A DNA stretch of 40,288 bases from Alphaproteobacteria bacterium UBA2562 (GTDB taxonomy: Bacteria > Pseudomonadota > Alphaproteobacteria > UBA2562), in assembly GCA_002340345.1 (NCBI GenBank), contig DDLW01000274.1, positions 1 to 40,288 on the forward strand, in the 5' to 3' direction. Position numbers and translations under genes: made by a program. The notes beneath the pieces were generated by a model that had not been told where the DNA came from, searched no databases, and saw only the letters and a list, made by a program, of their open reading frames with translations. Numbering within the stretch: position 1 is the first letter of the stretch; the number at the start of each line of letters is the position of its first letter. Shown here in pieces: positions 10,016-19,267 of the stretch.

Positions 10016-11836
10016 ATGACATCAAGGCTAAAGAAGAAATCTCTTACCATGCACCTCTTTGCGGCGGTCATGGTTGGATTGTCTTTTGGCACCCTCTCGA
10101 CAGCTTGGGGGGGGGCGTCTGATCCCGTGACCATCAGTGCCTCCGCCGGTGCAGATTATGGTCGGTTGACCTTTGACTGGCCCCAAGAAGTCGATTTTGC
10201 CGTCACGCTGTCTGGCCGCACATTAAATATTGATTTTGCGCGTCCTCTCTCCGGAGACCTCACCGGGGCTGTTTCCATGATGCGGGATTATGCCAGCGGT
10301 GTAAAACTCATCGGTGGCAACCGGCGTGTTCGCGTGAATTTGACGGGCGATTTTTCCATTCGTGCTGACCGCAATGGAGGGACTGTGGATGTCGATATTC
10401 TCAAAGACCGCATGGCGGGCTCTGGGCAAATCGTCATGGGTGTCGTCCCCCCTATCAAGCTTCACACGGCCCAAAAGGCTAAGGCGAAAACAAAGCCCAA
10501 ACAAAAGGCTAAGGCCAAAGCAAAACCCAAGCGCAAAAAACAACAGGCAAAACGTCAAAGCCGCCCCAAAAGCAGCTATAGCGGGGGTATTGCAAAAGTC
10601 CGTATCCGCGTTGGCGAACATAAAGACCATTCCCGACTCGTCTTTGATTGGCCTTTCCGCGTTGATTATGTTGTGCATCGTCAAAGCAATGCCGCGATCG
10701 CTCTGACCTTTCGGAAGCCAGCGCGCTTGGATGACCGGCAAATTCATCGCTTGCGACCAAAACATCTTTTAAGCTTTGATCCCAGAGAAGGACAAACAGC
10801 AACAGCGGTCGGTCTGACCACATATCCTGGGGGACAGATCAAAGTCACCCGCGTTGGCAATCGTATTGTTGTGGATCTTTATGGTGGTCGTCATGTGGGC
10901 CGCCAATTGACCCAATCCTCCCCCCCCCAATCCTTTCCCCCTGCGTCTTTGCAAAGGGTCTCCCACAAACATGCTCCCAATCGCGCAGACCCACTGGCGC
11001 TCAAAAGTGCGCCGCGCAGAACGCAAACAGCACAACAAATGTCCCCGAAAACACCTTTGCAAGAGCGGACAATCACACCGTCACCACAGCCCCCAGGACA
11101 AGCTGTTGAAGGTCTCAGTCACAGCGATTCTTTTGCCCCCTCGTCTGAAGGCCAAGAAGACATCCAAGGCGCTAGCGCCTCTTCAACTGAATATAAAGCC
11201 GCTCGCAGTAGCGGCTTTTATGGTGTGGCCCGCCTTGGGGGTGGTCTCGGCACAGCCACAGATCTCAGCGGCGGCAATGGTCTGGCCGGCCTGATCACAG
11301 GCGGCGATGATGATGGCCCCATTGCCAGCGCATCGATGGGCGGTGGTTTTGATTTTGGAAATATTGGCGCTCCTGTTCGGGCAGAGGCGGAATATAGCTA
11401 TCGAACAGGGCTGACCATCACAGGCGATGCAACAACAAATACAGGCGCAACCACCAGCTATGAGGGCGATCTCACCAATCATGCGATGATGTTTAATGTC
11501 TATATGGATTTAGATGGTCCTCTGCGTATTGACGATGACATTATCCCCTATATGATGGCAGGGATTGGGAGTTCTTGGAATGCGACATCCGGCGATGTTG
11601 GACCTTTAGGAGGTGCGCGCGCTGTTTTTGATGAAGAAACAGAAACCAATCTCGCCTGGACCGTTGGCGGTGGATTATCTTATTGGTTTAGCGAAACTCT
11701 TGCAGTTGACACACGGTACCGCTATATGGATCTTGGACAGGCCAATTGGGGGAATGTTCCAGGATATGGTGCGGGCATGAGCGCCGACAGCCTTGATCTT
11801 CATGAAGCGAGTATTGGTTTACGCTATAGCTTCTAA
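10016..11836 (+). CDS. Outer-membrane protein: signal peptide, two AMIN-like repeats, Lys-rich and Pro/Ser/Gln-rich linkers, C-terminal OmpA/opacity-like beta-barrel
   Basis: Repeated (Y/S)RL(T/V)FDW module; RAEAEYSYR, PYMMAGIG, AWTVGGGLSY, YRYMDLG and terminal IGLRYSF barrel signature; start uncertain (10016 or 10049; ORF open from 9818). Confidence 0.75.
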   Translation: MTSRLKKKSLTMHLFAAVMVGLSFGTLSTAWGGASDPVTISASAGADYGRLTFDWPQEVDFAVTLSGRTLNIDFARPLSGDLTGAVSMMRDYASGVKLIGGNRRVRVNLTGDFSIRADRNGGTVDVDILKDRMAGSGQIVMGVVPPIKLHTAQKAKAKTKPKQKAKAKAKPKRKKQQAKRQSRPKSSYSGGIAKVRIRVGEHKDHSRLVFDWPFRVDYVVHRQSNAAIALTFRKPARLDDRQIHRLRPKHLLSFDPREGQTATAVGLTTYPGGQIKVTRVGNRIVVDLYGGRHVGRQLTQSSPPQSFPPASLQRVSHKHAPNRADPLALKSAPRRTQTAQQMSPKTPLQERTITPSPQPPGQAVEGLSHSDSFAPSSEGQEDIQGASASSTEYKAARSSGFYGVARLGGGLGTATDLSGGNGLAGLITGGDDDGPIASASMGGGFDFGNIGAPVRAEAEYSYRTGLTITGDATTNTGATTSYEGDLTNHAMMFNVYMDLDGPLRIDDDIIPYMMAGIGSSWNATSGDVGPLGGARAVFDEETETNLAWTVGGGLSYWFSETLAVDTRYRYMDLGQANWGNVPGYGAGMSADSLDLHEASIGLRYSF

Positions 11837-12001
11837 AATCAGAGCCTCTGTGAAAATTTCCAAGATGCTAGAGGAACGTTCTTCGGTCTCGCGCTTTGCG
11901 CGGGCCATTGGGCTCAAAATGCGCTCCCTTTTTGTTTTGCCGCAAGACGCATGGCTAAAGTGGCGGCCCTTTCGCTGGATTTGCTTTAGGAGACCTCTAT
12001 T

Positions 12002-13945
12002 ATGTGTGGCATTGCTGGGTTTTGGAATGCACGAGCAGAAGACGCCTCAGAGCATTTAAAAACTTTAGCAAAAGCTATGGGCCAAGCGATCCATTATCGT
12101 GGTCCTGATAGCGACGACCAATGGGTGGATCGTGATGCTGGGATTGCCCTGGCCCATCGTCGTCTTGCCATTGTCGATCTCAGTGCTGCAGGCGCTCAGC
12201 CTATGCTTTCGTCTTGTGGGCGTTATGTCATTGTTTATAATGGCGAAGTCTATAATGCCGAAGATCTGCGTCAAGATCTCGGTCGCGATGCGGCCAGTTT
12301 TCGAGGCCATTCGGACACCGAAGTCATTTTAGAAGCCTTCAGCGCCTGGGGCGTTGAAGCGACGGTAAAAAAACTCATTGGCATGTTTGCCTTTGCCCTC
12401 TGGGACCGCCAGGACCGCCGTTTATGTTTAGGGCGAGACCGTCTTGGCATTAAGCCGCTTTATTGGAGCCTCCAAGGCAAAATCTTGCTCTTTGGTTCTG
12501 AAGTCAAAGCCCTCCATACCCATCCAGCCTGCCCCAAAGAGCTCGACCGCAACGCCCTTGCCAGCTTCTTGCGCTATAACTACATCCCTGGCCCTTATAG
12601 CGTTTACCAAAATGTTCAAAAACTCCAACCTGGCCATATGGTCTCTATCACCTTGCAAGGCGATGGCAGCCTCGCCGCACAACAAACCGCCTATTGGTCA
12701 ATGTCCGAGATTGCACGTCAGGGCCTCGATCAACAAGCCGATTTTTCTGATGAAGAAGCCATTTCGGCCTTAGAAGAAATTTTAGGCGATGCCGTTGAAA
12801 GACGTATGATCGCTGATGTTCCTTTAGGCGCGCTCCTGTCAGGTGGTATCGATTCTTCGGCTGTTGCGGCTTTGATGCAAGCGAAAAGCACAAGACCAAT
12901 CCGCACATTCTCAATTGGATTTCATGAAGAGGGCTATAACGAAGCCCACCATGCCGCCGCCATTGCCAAGCATTTAAAAACAGACCACACGGAGCTCTAT
13001 GTCACGCCTGAAGAAGCGCAAGCGGTCATTCCACAGATTCCGACCTATTATGATGAGCCTTTTTCAGATTCGTCTCAGATTCCGACGTATTTAGTCTCGA
13101 AAATGGCACGGGAGCATGTCACCGTCGTCTTATCGGGTGATGGCGGTGATGAATTGTTTGGCGGTTATAACCGCTATTTCACGGCAGCAAAATATGGGCG
13201 CACGCTGTTTTCCCAACCAAAAGCCTTACGACAGTTAGAAAGCGCCGCTTTTCGCGCCCTGTCTCCGAACGCCTGGACCAAGCTGTCTGGCGTTCTGCCC
13301 AAAAAATATCGCCCCCCTTATTTTGGCGATAAGCTCTATAAACTTGCAGATGTTCTTGAGAAATCGAAGGAAGATTTCTATGCCCGCCTTGTCAGCGCTT
13401 GGGATCAGCCCAATGATGTGATCATCGGAGGTCGCGAATATTCGGGGCCGCTTTGGGATCAAAGTTTGAAAAGCCACATTCCTGACTATATCGACCGCAT
13501 GATGTATCTTGATACCATCACCTATATGCCCGATGATATTTTGACCAAAGTGGACCGGGCCAGCATGGCTGTGTCTTTAGAGGCCCGTGTCCCCCTTTTA
13601 GATCATCGCGTTGTTGAATTTGCGTGGCGCTTGCCGCAATCTCTCAAAATCCGTGAGGGCCAGGGCAAATGGATCCTGCGACAAATGCTCTATCGCCATG
13701 TGCCCAAAAACTTGATAGAACGGCCAAAGATGGGATTTGGTGTGCCGATTGATGCCTGGCTTCGTGGCCCTTTGCGGGATTGGGCCGAGGATTTATTGTC
13801 GCCTCAAAGCCTTCAACATTTTGGTCTTCTCAAGCCAGAGCTTATTCAAAAGACATGGCGGGATCATCTTTCCGGGCATCGCAATTGGCAATATCATCTT
13901 TGGCATATTTTAATGCTCCAAGCCTGGTGCCGCCAGTGGCATTAG
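12002..13945 (+). CDS. asnB: Asparagine synthase (glutamine-hydrolysing) family amidotransferase
   Basis: MCGIAG Ntn N-terminus, HRRLAIVDLS, NGEVYN, SDTEV, LSGGIDSS, LSGDGGDE, KVDRASM, RPKMGF; AGGAG RBS. Confidence 0.95.
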   Translation: MCGIAGFWNARAEDASEHLKTLAKAMGQAIHYRGPDSDDQWVDRDAGIALAHRRLAIVDLSAAGAQPMLSSCGRYVIVYNGEVYNAEDLRQDLGRDAASFRGHSDTEVILEAFSAWGVEATVKKLIGMFAFALWDRQDRRLCLGRDRLGIKPLYWSLQGKILLFGSEVKALHTHPACPKELDRNALASFLRYNYIPGPYSVYQNVQKLQPGHMVSITLQGDGSLAAQQTAYWSMSEIARQGLDQQADFSDEEAISALEEILGDAVERRMIADVPLGALLSGGIDSSAVAALMQAKSTRPIRTFSIGFHEEGYNEAHHAAAIAKHLKTDHTELYVTPEEAQAVIPQIPTYYDEPFSDSSQIPTYLVSKMAREHVTVVLSGDGGDELFGGYNRYFTAAKYGRTLFSQPKALRQLESAAFRALSPNAWTKLSGVLPKKYRPPYFGDKLYKLADVLEKSKEDFYARLVSAWDQPNDVIIGGREYSGPLWDQSLKSHIPDYIDRMMYLDTITYMPDDILTKVDRASMAVSLEARVPLLDHRVVEFAWRLPQSLKIREGQGKWILRQMLYRHVPKNLIERPKMGFGVPIDAWLRGPLRDWAEDLLSPQSLQHFGLLKPELIQKTWRDHLSGHRNWQYHLWHILMLQAWCRQWH

Positions 13946-14115
13946 AGCCTTTTGGTCCTCTCGCAAAAGCAAAATTTTTGCCACTGCTTTTACTTGGGTT
14001 TAAACAAAGACTTTAAGTTTTGTTTTTAGCCGCATTCTTCATGTCCTTATGAAGAGAAAAAGCTTTGCCCAACAAGATGACATCGTCTTTTGGTTTTCCA
14101 GAATAGGTCCCTTTT

Positions 14116-15414
14116 ATGATCAATGAAAAGATTTCTATTCCAACGCGTTATCTGCGTTATTGGGTCAATGGGCTTGTTCTTCTCACACCAATTATTGCAA
14201 CCATTCAAATGAAAGCGATGGTTATTGTCCTCTCCCTGTGGGGATTGGTCGCTTTGGGTTTGATGATCCGTTATAAAAGCGTCCGACACAGCTTGGATTG
14301 GCCTTTAGCTGGCCTGCTGGCCGCAACAGCCCTTTATGGGGGCATGACGGCTCTATGGTCCCTCGATCCAGCGCTTTCCGGGCAAATGTCTCTTCGGCTC
14401 GCTTTGCTCTTTCTTGCCATCATTGCGGCTGCCAGCCTCTTACGGCATATGCCCGACGCCACACTTCAGAAGGTCCCGTTCTATTTCACTGTAGGCATGG
14501 GGATTGCCTTGGGCTTTTTATCCTTCGAGTTTTTGAGCAATCAGTGGCTTTATGATGGCCTTGATCGCTTAAATGCCGATCTCTTGGGGCAGAAATATAC
14601 CGGGGATGCTCTCCATCTTAGCCGCTTAAATCGCAGTATTGATGTTTTTGCCTTGTTATTATGGCCTCTCATGATTTTATTATGGCAGAAATTAAGATAT
14701 TTCACCGTTCTCATTCCAATATTTTTCTGTCTTTACTTCAATTATCTTGGCAACCAGAATGAGACCCTTAATATCGTTGCAGCCTGCTCTGTTTTTATGC
14801 TGTGCTTGTCTTTTTTCATTTGGAAATTGACAAAAAAGATTCTGCTTTTATTTTCGGCCCTTCTTGTTCTTGGATTTCCAACCTTTCTAGATGTGGCTTT
14901 ACCGCTTATTCCAGAACGATCCGAACTGTCTGAAGATGTGATAGGCCATATCGGTCACTCAACTTTTGCAGCAAAACACCGGCTTTTTATTTGGGATTTC
15001 GTCAATGACCGCATTGATGACAAACCCCTTTTGGGCTGGGGGCTACAATCTTCGCGCCGAATTGGAAATTTTGGTGTCACGCCTTTTAATATCGAATCCT
15101 ATGAAAACCCAGAGAAAGTAACCGTGATTCCCCTTCATCCCCACAATGCCGTCCTACAGCTCCGTTTGGAACTTGGTCTTCCGGGTGTTCTGCTTGGTGC
15201 CGCCCTTATGGTGATGCTCATTGCGCGCTTTACACGGGAAAGTCCTGGACTTTGGGCGATAACGTCGGCTTTCATCACAGCGCTTTCTGTCATGCTCTTT
15301 GTCCGCTATGGCTTATGGCAATTCCAATGGCTTGCAAGCTTAGCCTGTATCATTTTCTGCCATGGTCTCATGATCCGCTGCTATAAAACCGACAGAGAGC
15401 CTTGCACATCCTGA
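14116..15414 (+). CDS. O-antigen ligase / Wzy_C-family polytopic membrane protein
   Basis: Many hydrophobic segments; HRLFIW...KPLLGWG and HPHNAVLQLRLELGLPG motifs. Confidence 0.85.
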   Translation: MINEKISIPTRYLRYWVNGLVLLTPIIATIQMKAMVIVLSLWGLVALGLMIRYKSVRHSLDWPLAGLLAATALYGGMTALWSLDPALSGQMSLRLALLFLAIIAAASLLRHMPDATLQKVPFYFTVGMGIALGFLSFEFLSNQWLYDGLDRLNADLLGQKYTGDALHLSRLNRSIDVFALLLWPLMILLWQKLRYFTVLIPIFFCLYFNYLGNQNETLNIVAACSVFMLCLSFFIWKLTKKILLLFSALLVLGFPTFLDVALPLIPERSELSEDVIGHIGHSTFAAKHRLFIWDFVNDRIDDKPLLGWGLQSSRRIGNFGVTPFNIESYENPEKVTVIPLHPHNAVLQLRLELGLPGVLLGAALMVMLIARFTRESPGLWAITSAFITALSVMLFVRYGLWQFQWLASLACIIFCHGLMIRCYKTDREPCTS

Positions 15415-15466
15415 TCGCTATTTTTACCCACGGCACACGAAAACTGAGAGTCTTTCAGTCTGTGGG

Positions 15467-15573
15467 TTAGAGCAAAGCGCGATCAGGTGGAGTCACCTGG
15501 TCGCTTTCGTTTTGCGGCAAAAACAAGACTCTAGAGTCATCCGTGACTTAGGTTTGGTCGCGGATGACTCTAG
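15467..15573. repeat. RIME-like intergenic mosaic element (~107 bp, two palindromes), copy 1
   Basis: TTAGAGCAAAG start; GCGATCAGGTG-GAGT-CACCTGGTCGC; CTAGAGTCATCCGTGAC-N9-GTCGCGGATGACTCTAG. Confidence 0.85.
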
Positions 15574-15584
15574 CTCGCTCTTTC

Positions 15585-16703
15585 TCACGTCAAACGCCCA
15601 CGCTCTTTCGCATTGGCCGCAACCCAAGCCTGGCCCAAGCTCACAGCCGGATCCCCTGGAGAAAGCCGTTTCGGTGCAAACACCGAAAAACCAGAGGCTT
15701 CGAGCCTCTCCTTAAGCCCATCACATAAAACCGCATTGAGAAAACAACCGCCGCCAAAGGCCACCAACCGGCAGCCTTCTCGCTCGGCCCCCCACTGCAC
15801 CCACGCGCTGAGGCCCTCGATGAGGGTGCCATGGAACAGATTGGCGCCCTTTTCCAGATCCTCTGGTCCCAGGGCGGCAAGCGCTTTGAGTAAAGGCTTA
15901 AAGTCCAAAACCCCATCGCTGGAAAGCTGCCAGCCCTGTTCTAAGCCTTCGACCGCCGTGACGGCTTTTTCAAGGGCTATCGGGGCCTGGCCCTCAAAAT
16001 CGGCCATCAGATGGACCCCCAACAGCCCGCAAGCGGCATCAAAAAGCCGCCCGGCACTTGAGGTCAAAGGCGCATTCAGGCCCTTATCGAGAAGAGTCGG
16101 CAGTTTATCCGCCTGGGCTTGGGCGGCAAAGCGTGTTGGAATCTCTTCGCCTTGCCCCAGAGCATGGAGGGCGGCTGCCGCCATGCGCCAAGGCTGACGG
16201 GCGGCGAGATCACCGCCTGGTTGCCGTAACTCGCCGAGATGGCCTAAGCGCTGCCAATCACAGGCATCAACCCAGAGCAACTCGCCCCCCCAGGCCTCCC
16301 CATTGGGACCGAGGCCGAAGCCATCCAAGGCAAGACCGATAACGGGATCTTCAAGACTATATTCGGCTTGAACCGCCGCAATATGGGCATGGTGATGTTG
16401 CACCGGAAGACGCTTTAAGCGCCGGTCTGCTGCCAGCTTTTGCGCATGATGGGTTGACGGAAAATCGGGATGCAGATCATGGGCAATGAATTTCGGCTTG
16501 GCCCCGCTCTCAACAATCAGCGCTTCAAGGGTGGCTTCGAAAGCGGTAATGGTCTCTGGCTGATCCAACGTGCCGATGATAGGAGAAACCCAAGCGGTAT
16601 CGGACCGTATGACCGTGACCGTGTTTTTCAAAAACCCACCGACCCCAATGGCCGTCGGCATCGGACGTGGTAAGGCAATCCGTAATGGCTTTGGAGCTTC
16701 CAT
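15585..16703 (-). CDS. hypF: Short HypF (C-terminal Kae1-like domain only; HypF1-type)
   Basis: HDLHP, QHHHAH, LDGFGLG...WGGE, TSSAGRLFD, GGCFLN, SLGQA; no acylphosphatase, Zn-finger or YrdC domains; own RBS-like GGAAAGAG. Confidence 0.88.
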   Translation of the reverse strand: MEAPKPLRIALPRPMPTAIGVGGFLKNTVTVIRSDTAWVSPIIGTLDQPETITAFEATLEALIVESGAKPKFIAHDLHPDFPSTHHAQKLAADRRLKRLPVQHHHAHIAAVQAEYSLEDPVIGLALDGFGLGPNGEAWGGELLWVDACDWQRLGHLGELRQPGGDLAARQPWRMAAAALHALGQGEEIPTRFAAQAQADKLPTLLDKGLNAPLTSSAGRLFDAACGLLGVHLMADFEGQAPIALEKAVTAVEGLEQGWQLSSDGVLDFKPLLKALAALGPEDLEKGANLFHGTLIEGLSAWVQWGAEREGCRLVAFGGGCFLNAVLCDGLKERLEASGFSVFAPKRLSPGDPAVSLGQAWVAANAKERGRLT

Positions 16704-16756
16704 TGTCTCTTTCCAGGCCTTTCAATGAACAGGTTCCGAAGGGATAAACGCCGACA

Positions 16757-16817
16757 TTTTTCGCTTGCGCGAAATTTAAGCGACTTTTTCGAGAAAAAGT
16801 CTGTCAAAAAGCTTTTT
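16757..16817. repeat. Dispersed ~60-bp palindromic (REP-like) repeat, copy 1
   Basis: TTTTCGCTTGCGCGAAA...GCGACTTTTTCGAGAAAAAGTCTGTCAAAAAGCTTTT, near-identical to 21163-21220. Confidence 0.9.
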
Positions 16818-16823
16818 AAGGGC

Positions 16824-17639
16824 TTATTTCGCCTTCGCCGCGATCCATTTGTACCATGCCTCAAGCCCCTCCCCAGACAGTGCCGAAACCCGGAAAATCA
16901 GAATATTCGGGTTAATCTTACGGGCCATGGCCTCGCATTTTTCAACGTCAAACGGCACATAGGGCAACAGATCCATCTTATTCAGCAGCATGACATCAGC
17001 GGCGGCGAACATATTGGGATATTTTAAGGGTTTATCTTCGCCTTCTGTGATGGATAGAATGGCGACCTTATGGGCTTCCCCCAGATCAAAAGCTGCGGGA
17101 CAGACCAAATTCCCGACATTCTCAATAAAGATCAGGCTTTGCGGGGCTGGGGCGAGATCCTCTATGGCATGGCCCACCATGTGAGCGTCGAGATGGCAGC
17201 CTTTGCCTGTGTTAATTTGCACAGCCGGGACCCCTGTTTCTCGGATCCGCTCGGCATCATTGGCGGTTTGTTGATCGCCCTCAATCACCGCGATCTCATA
17301 GTTTTTCTGTAAATCTTGCAAGGTTTGGGTCAAGAGGGTGGTTTTCCCGGACCCTGGGCTTGAGACAAGATTCAGGGCGAAAATCTTTTTCTCAGTAAAA
17401 AAAGCCCGGTTGCGCGCCGCATATTGGTCATTTTTGGAGAGAATATCTTGTTCAATTTTTACCAGCCGCGACGGTTCCAGGCCCGGCACGCTGACCCCGG
17501 CTTCGCCATGGCCATGGTGATGGTGGTGATGATCATGATGATGGTGATCATGGGCATGAGGCGCGTTTTTGGTCGCAGCCGGCATCGCTTGGCCTTCAAG
17601 GCGGGTTTCCCCTTCGCCGCAGCCACAGACTGTACACAT
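16824..17639 (-). CDS. hypB: Hydrogenase nickel incorporation GTPase
   Basis: MCTVCGC, His-rich tract, [38 protein letters not shown]; start at 17639 overlaps the hypA stop (TAATG). Confidence 0.97.
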   Translation of the reverse strand: MCTVCGCGEGETRLEGQAMPAATKNAPHAHDHHHHDHHHHHHGHGEAGVSVPGLEPSRLVKIEQDILSKNDQYAARNRAFFTEKKIFALNLVSSPGSGKTTLLTQTLQDLQKNYEIAVIEGDQQTANDAERIRETGVPAVQINTGKGCHLDAHMVGHAIEDLAPAPQSLIFIENVGNLVCPAAFDLGEAHKVAILSITEGEDKPLKYPNMFAAADVMLLNKMDLLPYVPFDVEKCEAMARKINPNILIFRVSALSGEGLEAWYKWIAAKAK

Positions 17640-17980
17640 TATGCCACCTCCAATTCTTTGATCCGCATTTGATCGCCCCCTGTAATCTGCACTTTTGCGC
17701 TGCCACAGGCCGGACAACTGCCTAAGCGATCAGACATTTCCACCGTTTGAGCGCAGTCCATACACCAGCCCTGCCCTAAAGGACGTTCTATCTCTAAAAC
17801 CGCATTTTCTGCAAGGCTATCCCGGGTGACCGCCTCAAAACAAAAGCGCATGGCCTCTGGTTCCACATCGGAAAAGATCCCGATCTCGAGACAGACCCGT
17901 AAGACTTTATCATAATTTTGGGTCTCTGCCTGTTCTGTAATGATCGCGAGCATATGAGAGGCGAGGGCCATTTCATGCAT
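17639..17980 (-). CDS. hypA: Hydrogenase nickel metallochaperone
   Basis: MHEMAL, two CxxC motifs (CMDC, CPAC); GGAGG RBS before 17980. Confidence 0.96.
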   Translation of the reverse strand: MHEMALASHMLAIITEQAETQNYDKVLRVCLEIGIFSDVEPEAMRFCFEAVTRDSLAENAVLEIERPLGQGWCMDCAQTVEMSDRLGSCPACGSAKVQITGGDQMRIKELEVA

Positions 17981-18037
17981 ATTTTTGCCTCCAGCCCCTG
18001 ACCAAATCATAGCAAAGGGCTTATTTTTCTGAAATTC

Positions 18038-19267
18038 TTAAGAGTCTGCTATTGTAAGATGATAAGGAACACAAGGGTCTAAGCTTTCAATCACCCATGT
18101 CATGGCTTGGGTCACAGAAAGGCCTGACAGCCCCCGACATTCTAAAGCTTGGCAGGCTTCGGCAACGGCCCCTTTAGGATGCATATTCCATTCGGTGGGG
18201 GCGAGGATTTGATAGCGCCGGACCACAGCTTGTTGCATTTCTACCCGGTGGATCAGAAGCCCTCTGGCGGTTTCAATGGCCGCACAGCCGATGCCTTCGG
18301 TCTTTTCCCCAGACCCTCCCCCAGCCCCCCCGTGCTCCGATTTGGGGGCGGGACGCTGCGCCGGCCAGGCCCTCAGGCCTTGGATAAGCTTATCGCGGAA
18401 AAGAAAGCTCTCAAGAAAACGCGCGGTCAAACGATAGAGCAGCCCAGGCCCATAAGACTCTACAATCTGCCCCAACAAAGGATGCGCCCGCAAACGCGCC
18501 ACAGCCCCAACTTCACGGGGACTGCCTGCAATGTCTGGCTGGCGGCAGAGGTCTTCCCCAGAGTCTTCGGCCAAGGCGCGTAACAGGCTTTCGAGATCCC
18601 CTTGGTCTTGGAGAGAAAAAGGCTGGAGGCGGCAGGCCCCGAAAGCCGCCCAGCCCTCTGTGCTCAAAAGCGTCCGGAACACCACAGCCATGGGGCTTGC
18701 GCCGCGCTGGGCCCAGGCGCGAAATTGGTCGAGATCTGACAAAAGCGCCTCTTCTGTCTCTCTGGTCTCCCCAACAAGGAGGGCTTGCACATCTTGGGTG
18801 AGAAGAGCGTGCAAGGGCGCAAAGGCCTTTTGCTCTGCCTGCTGGGGCAATCCCTTCAAGCCTTGGAAGAGGGGCGCTAAAACCGCCATGGAGGGCTTCG
18901 CCGCCGCCGGCAGGCCCAAAAGCATCGGCCATTCCAAAAGCAATTTGCGCAAATGCTCTCCCAGAGCTTCCGCCGTCACCAAAAGATGCTGCTGGTCCCG
19001 CAGAGCAGGGGCTGGACGGATCCCAGCAGCCTCTTCACAGGCTTGCCGCGCGGCCTGGTAATGGGCTTGGCCACAGAGCGCAAAAAGCGTCTTCACCAGC
19101 ACAGGGCATTGGGAAAGCGGTCGCCCCTGCATCATCTGTCCAGCAGAAAGCGGCCTTTGGCATGTGATCTCAAGCCCATAGCCGAAACCCTCTTGGGGGG
19201 CAGGTCGCATGGTGAGCGCATAATATCCCACAAGAGACGACAGGGGAGAAGCGCGCGTCATCCTCAT
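18038..19267 (-). CDS. hupK: HupK/HoxV large-subunit-like scaffold protein
   Basis: LFALCGQAH, ETARGLLIH, ILAPTEWNMHP, LDPCV motifs; position before hypA. Confidence 0.85.
   Translation of the reverse strand: MRMTRASPLSSLVGYYALTMRPAPQEGFGYGLEITCQRPLSAGQMMQGRPLSQCPVLVKTLFALCGQAHYQAARQACEEAAGIRPAPALRDQQHLLVTAEALGEHLRKLLLEWPMLLGLPAAAKPSMAVLAPLFQGLKGLPQQAEQKAFAPLHALLTQDVQALLVGETRETEEALLSDLDQFRAWAQRGASPMAVVFRTLLSTEGWAAFGACRLQPFSLQDQGDLESLLRALAEDSGEDLCRQPDIAGSPREVGAVARLRAHPLLGQIVESYGPGLLYRLTARFLESFLFRDKLIQGLRAWPAQRPAPKSEHGGAGGGSGEKTEGIGCAAIETARGLLIHRVEMQQAVVRRYQILAPTEWNMHPKGAVAEACQALECRGLSGLSVTQAMTWVIESLDPCVPYHLTIADS

Noticed and set aside
15426-15467. Hairpin ACCCACGG...CTGTGGGT after the ligase-like gene as an intrinsic terminator
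   Set aside because: No U-tract on the appropriate side for either strand
16704-16823. hypF disrupted by insertion of the 60-bp repeat
   Set aside because: No remnant of the HypF N-terminal domains is visible and the short gene has its own RBS; a natural short HypF is more parsimonious
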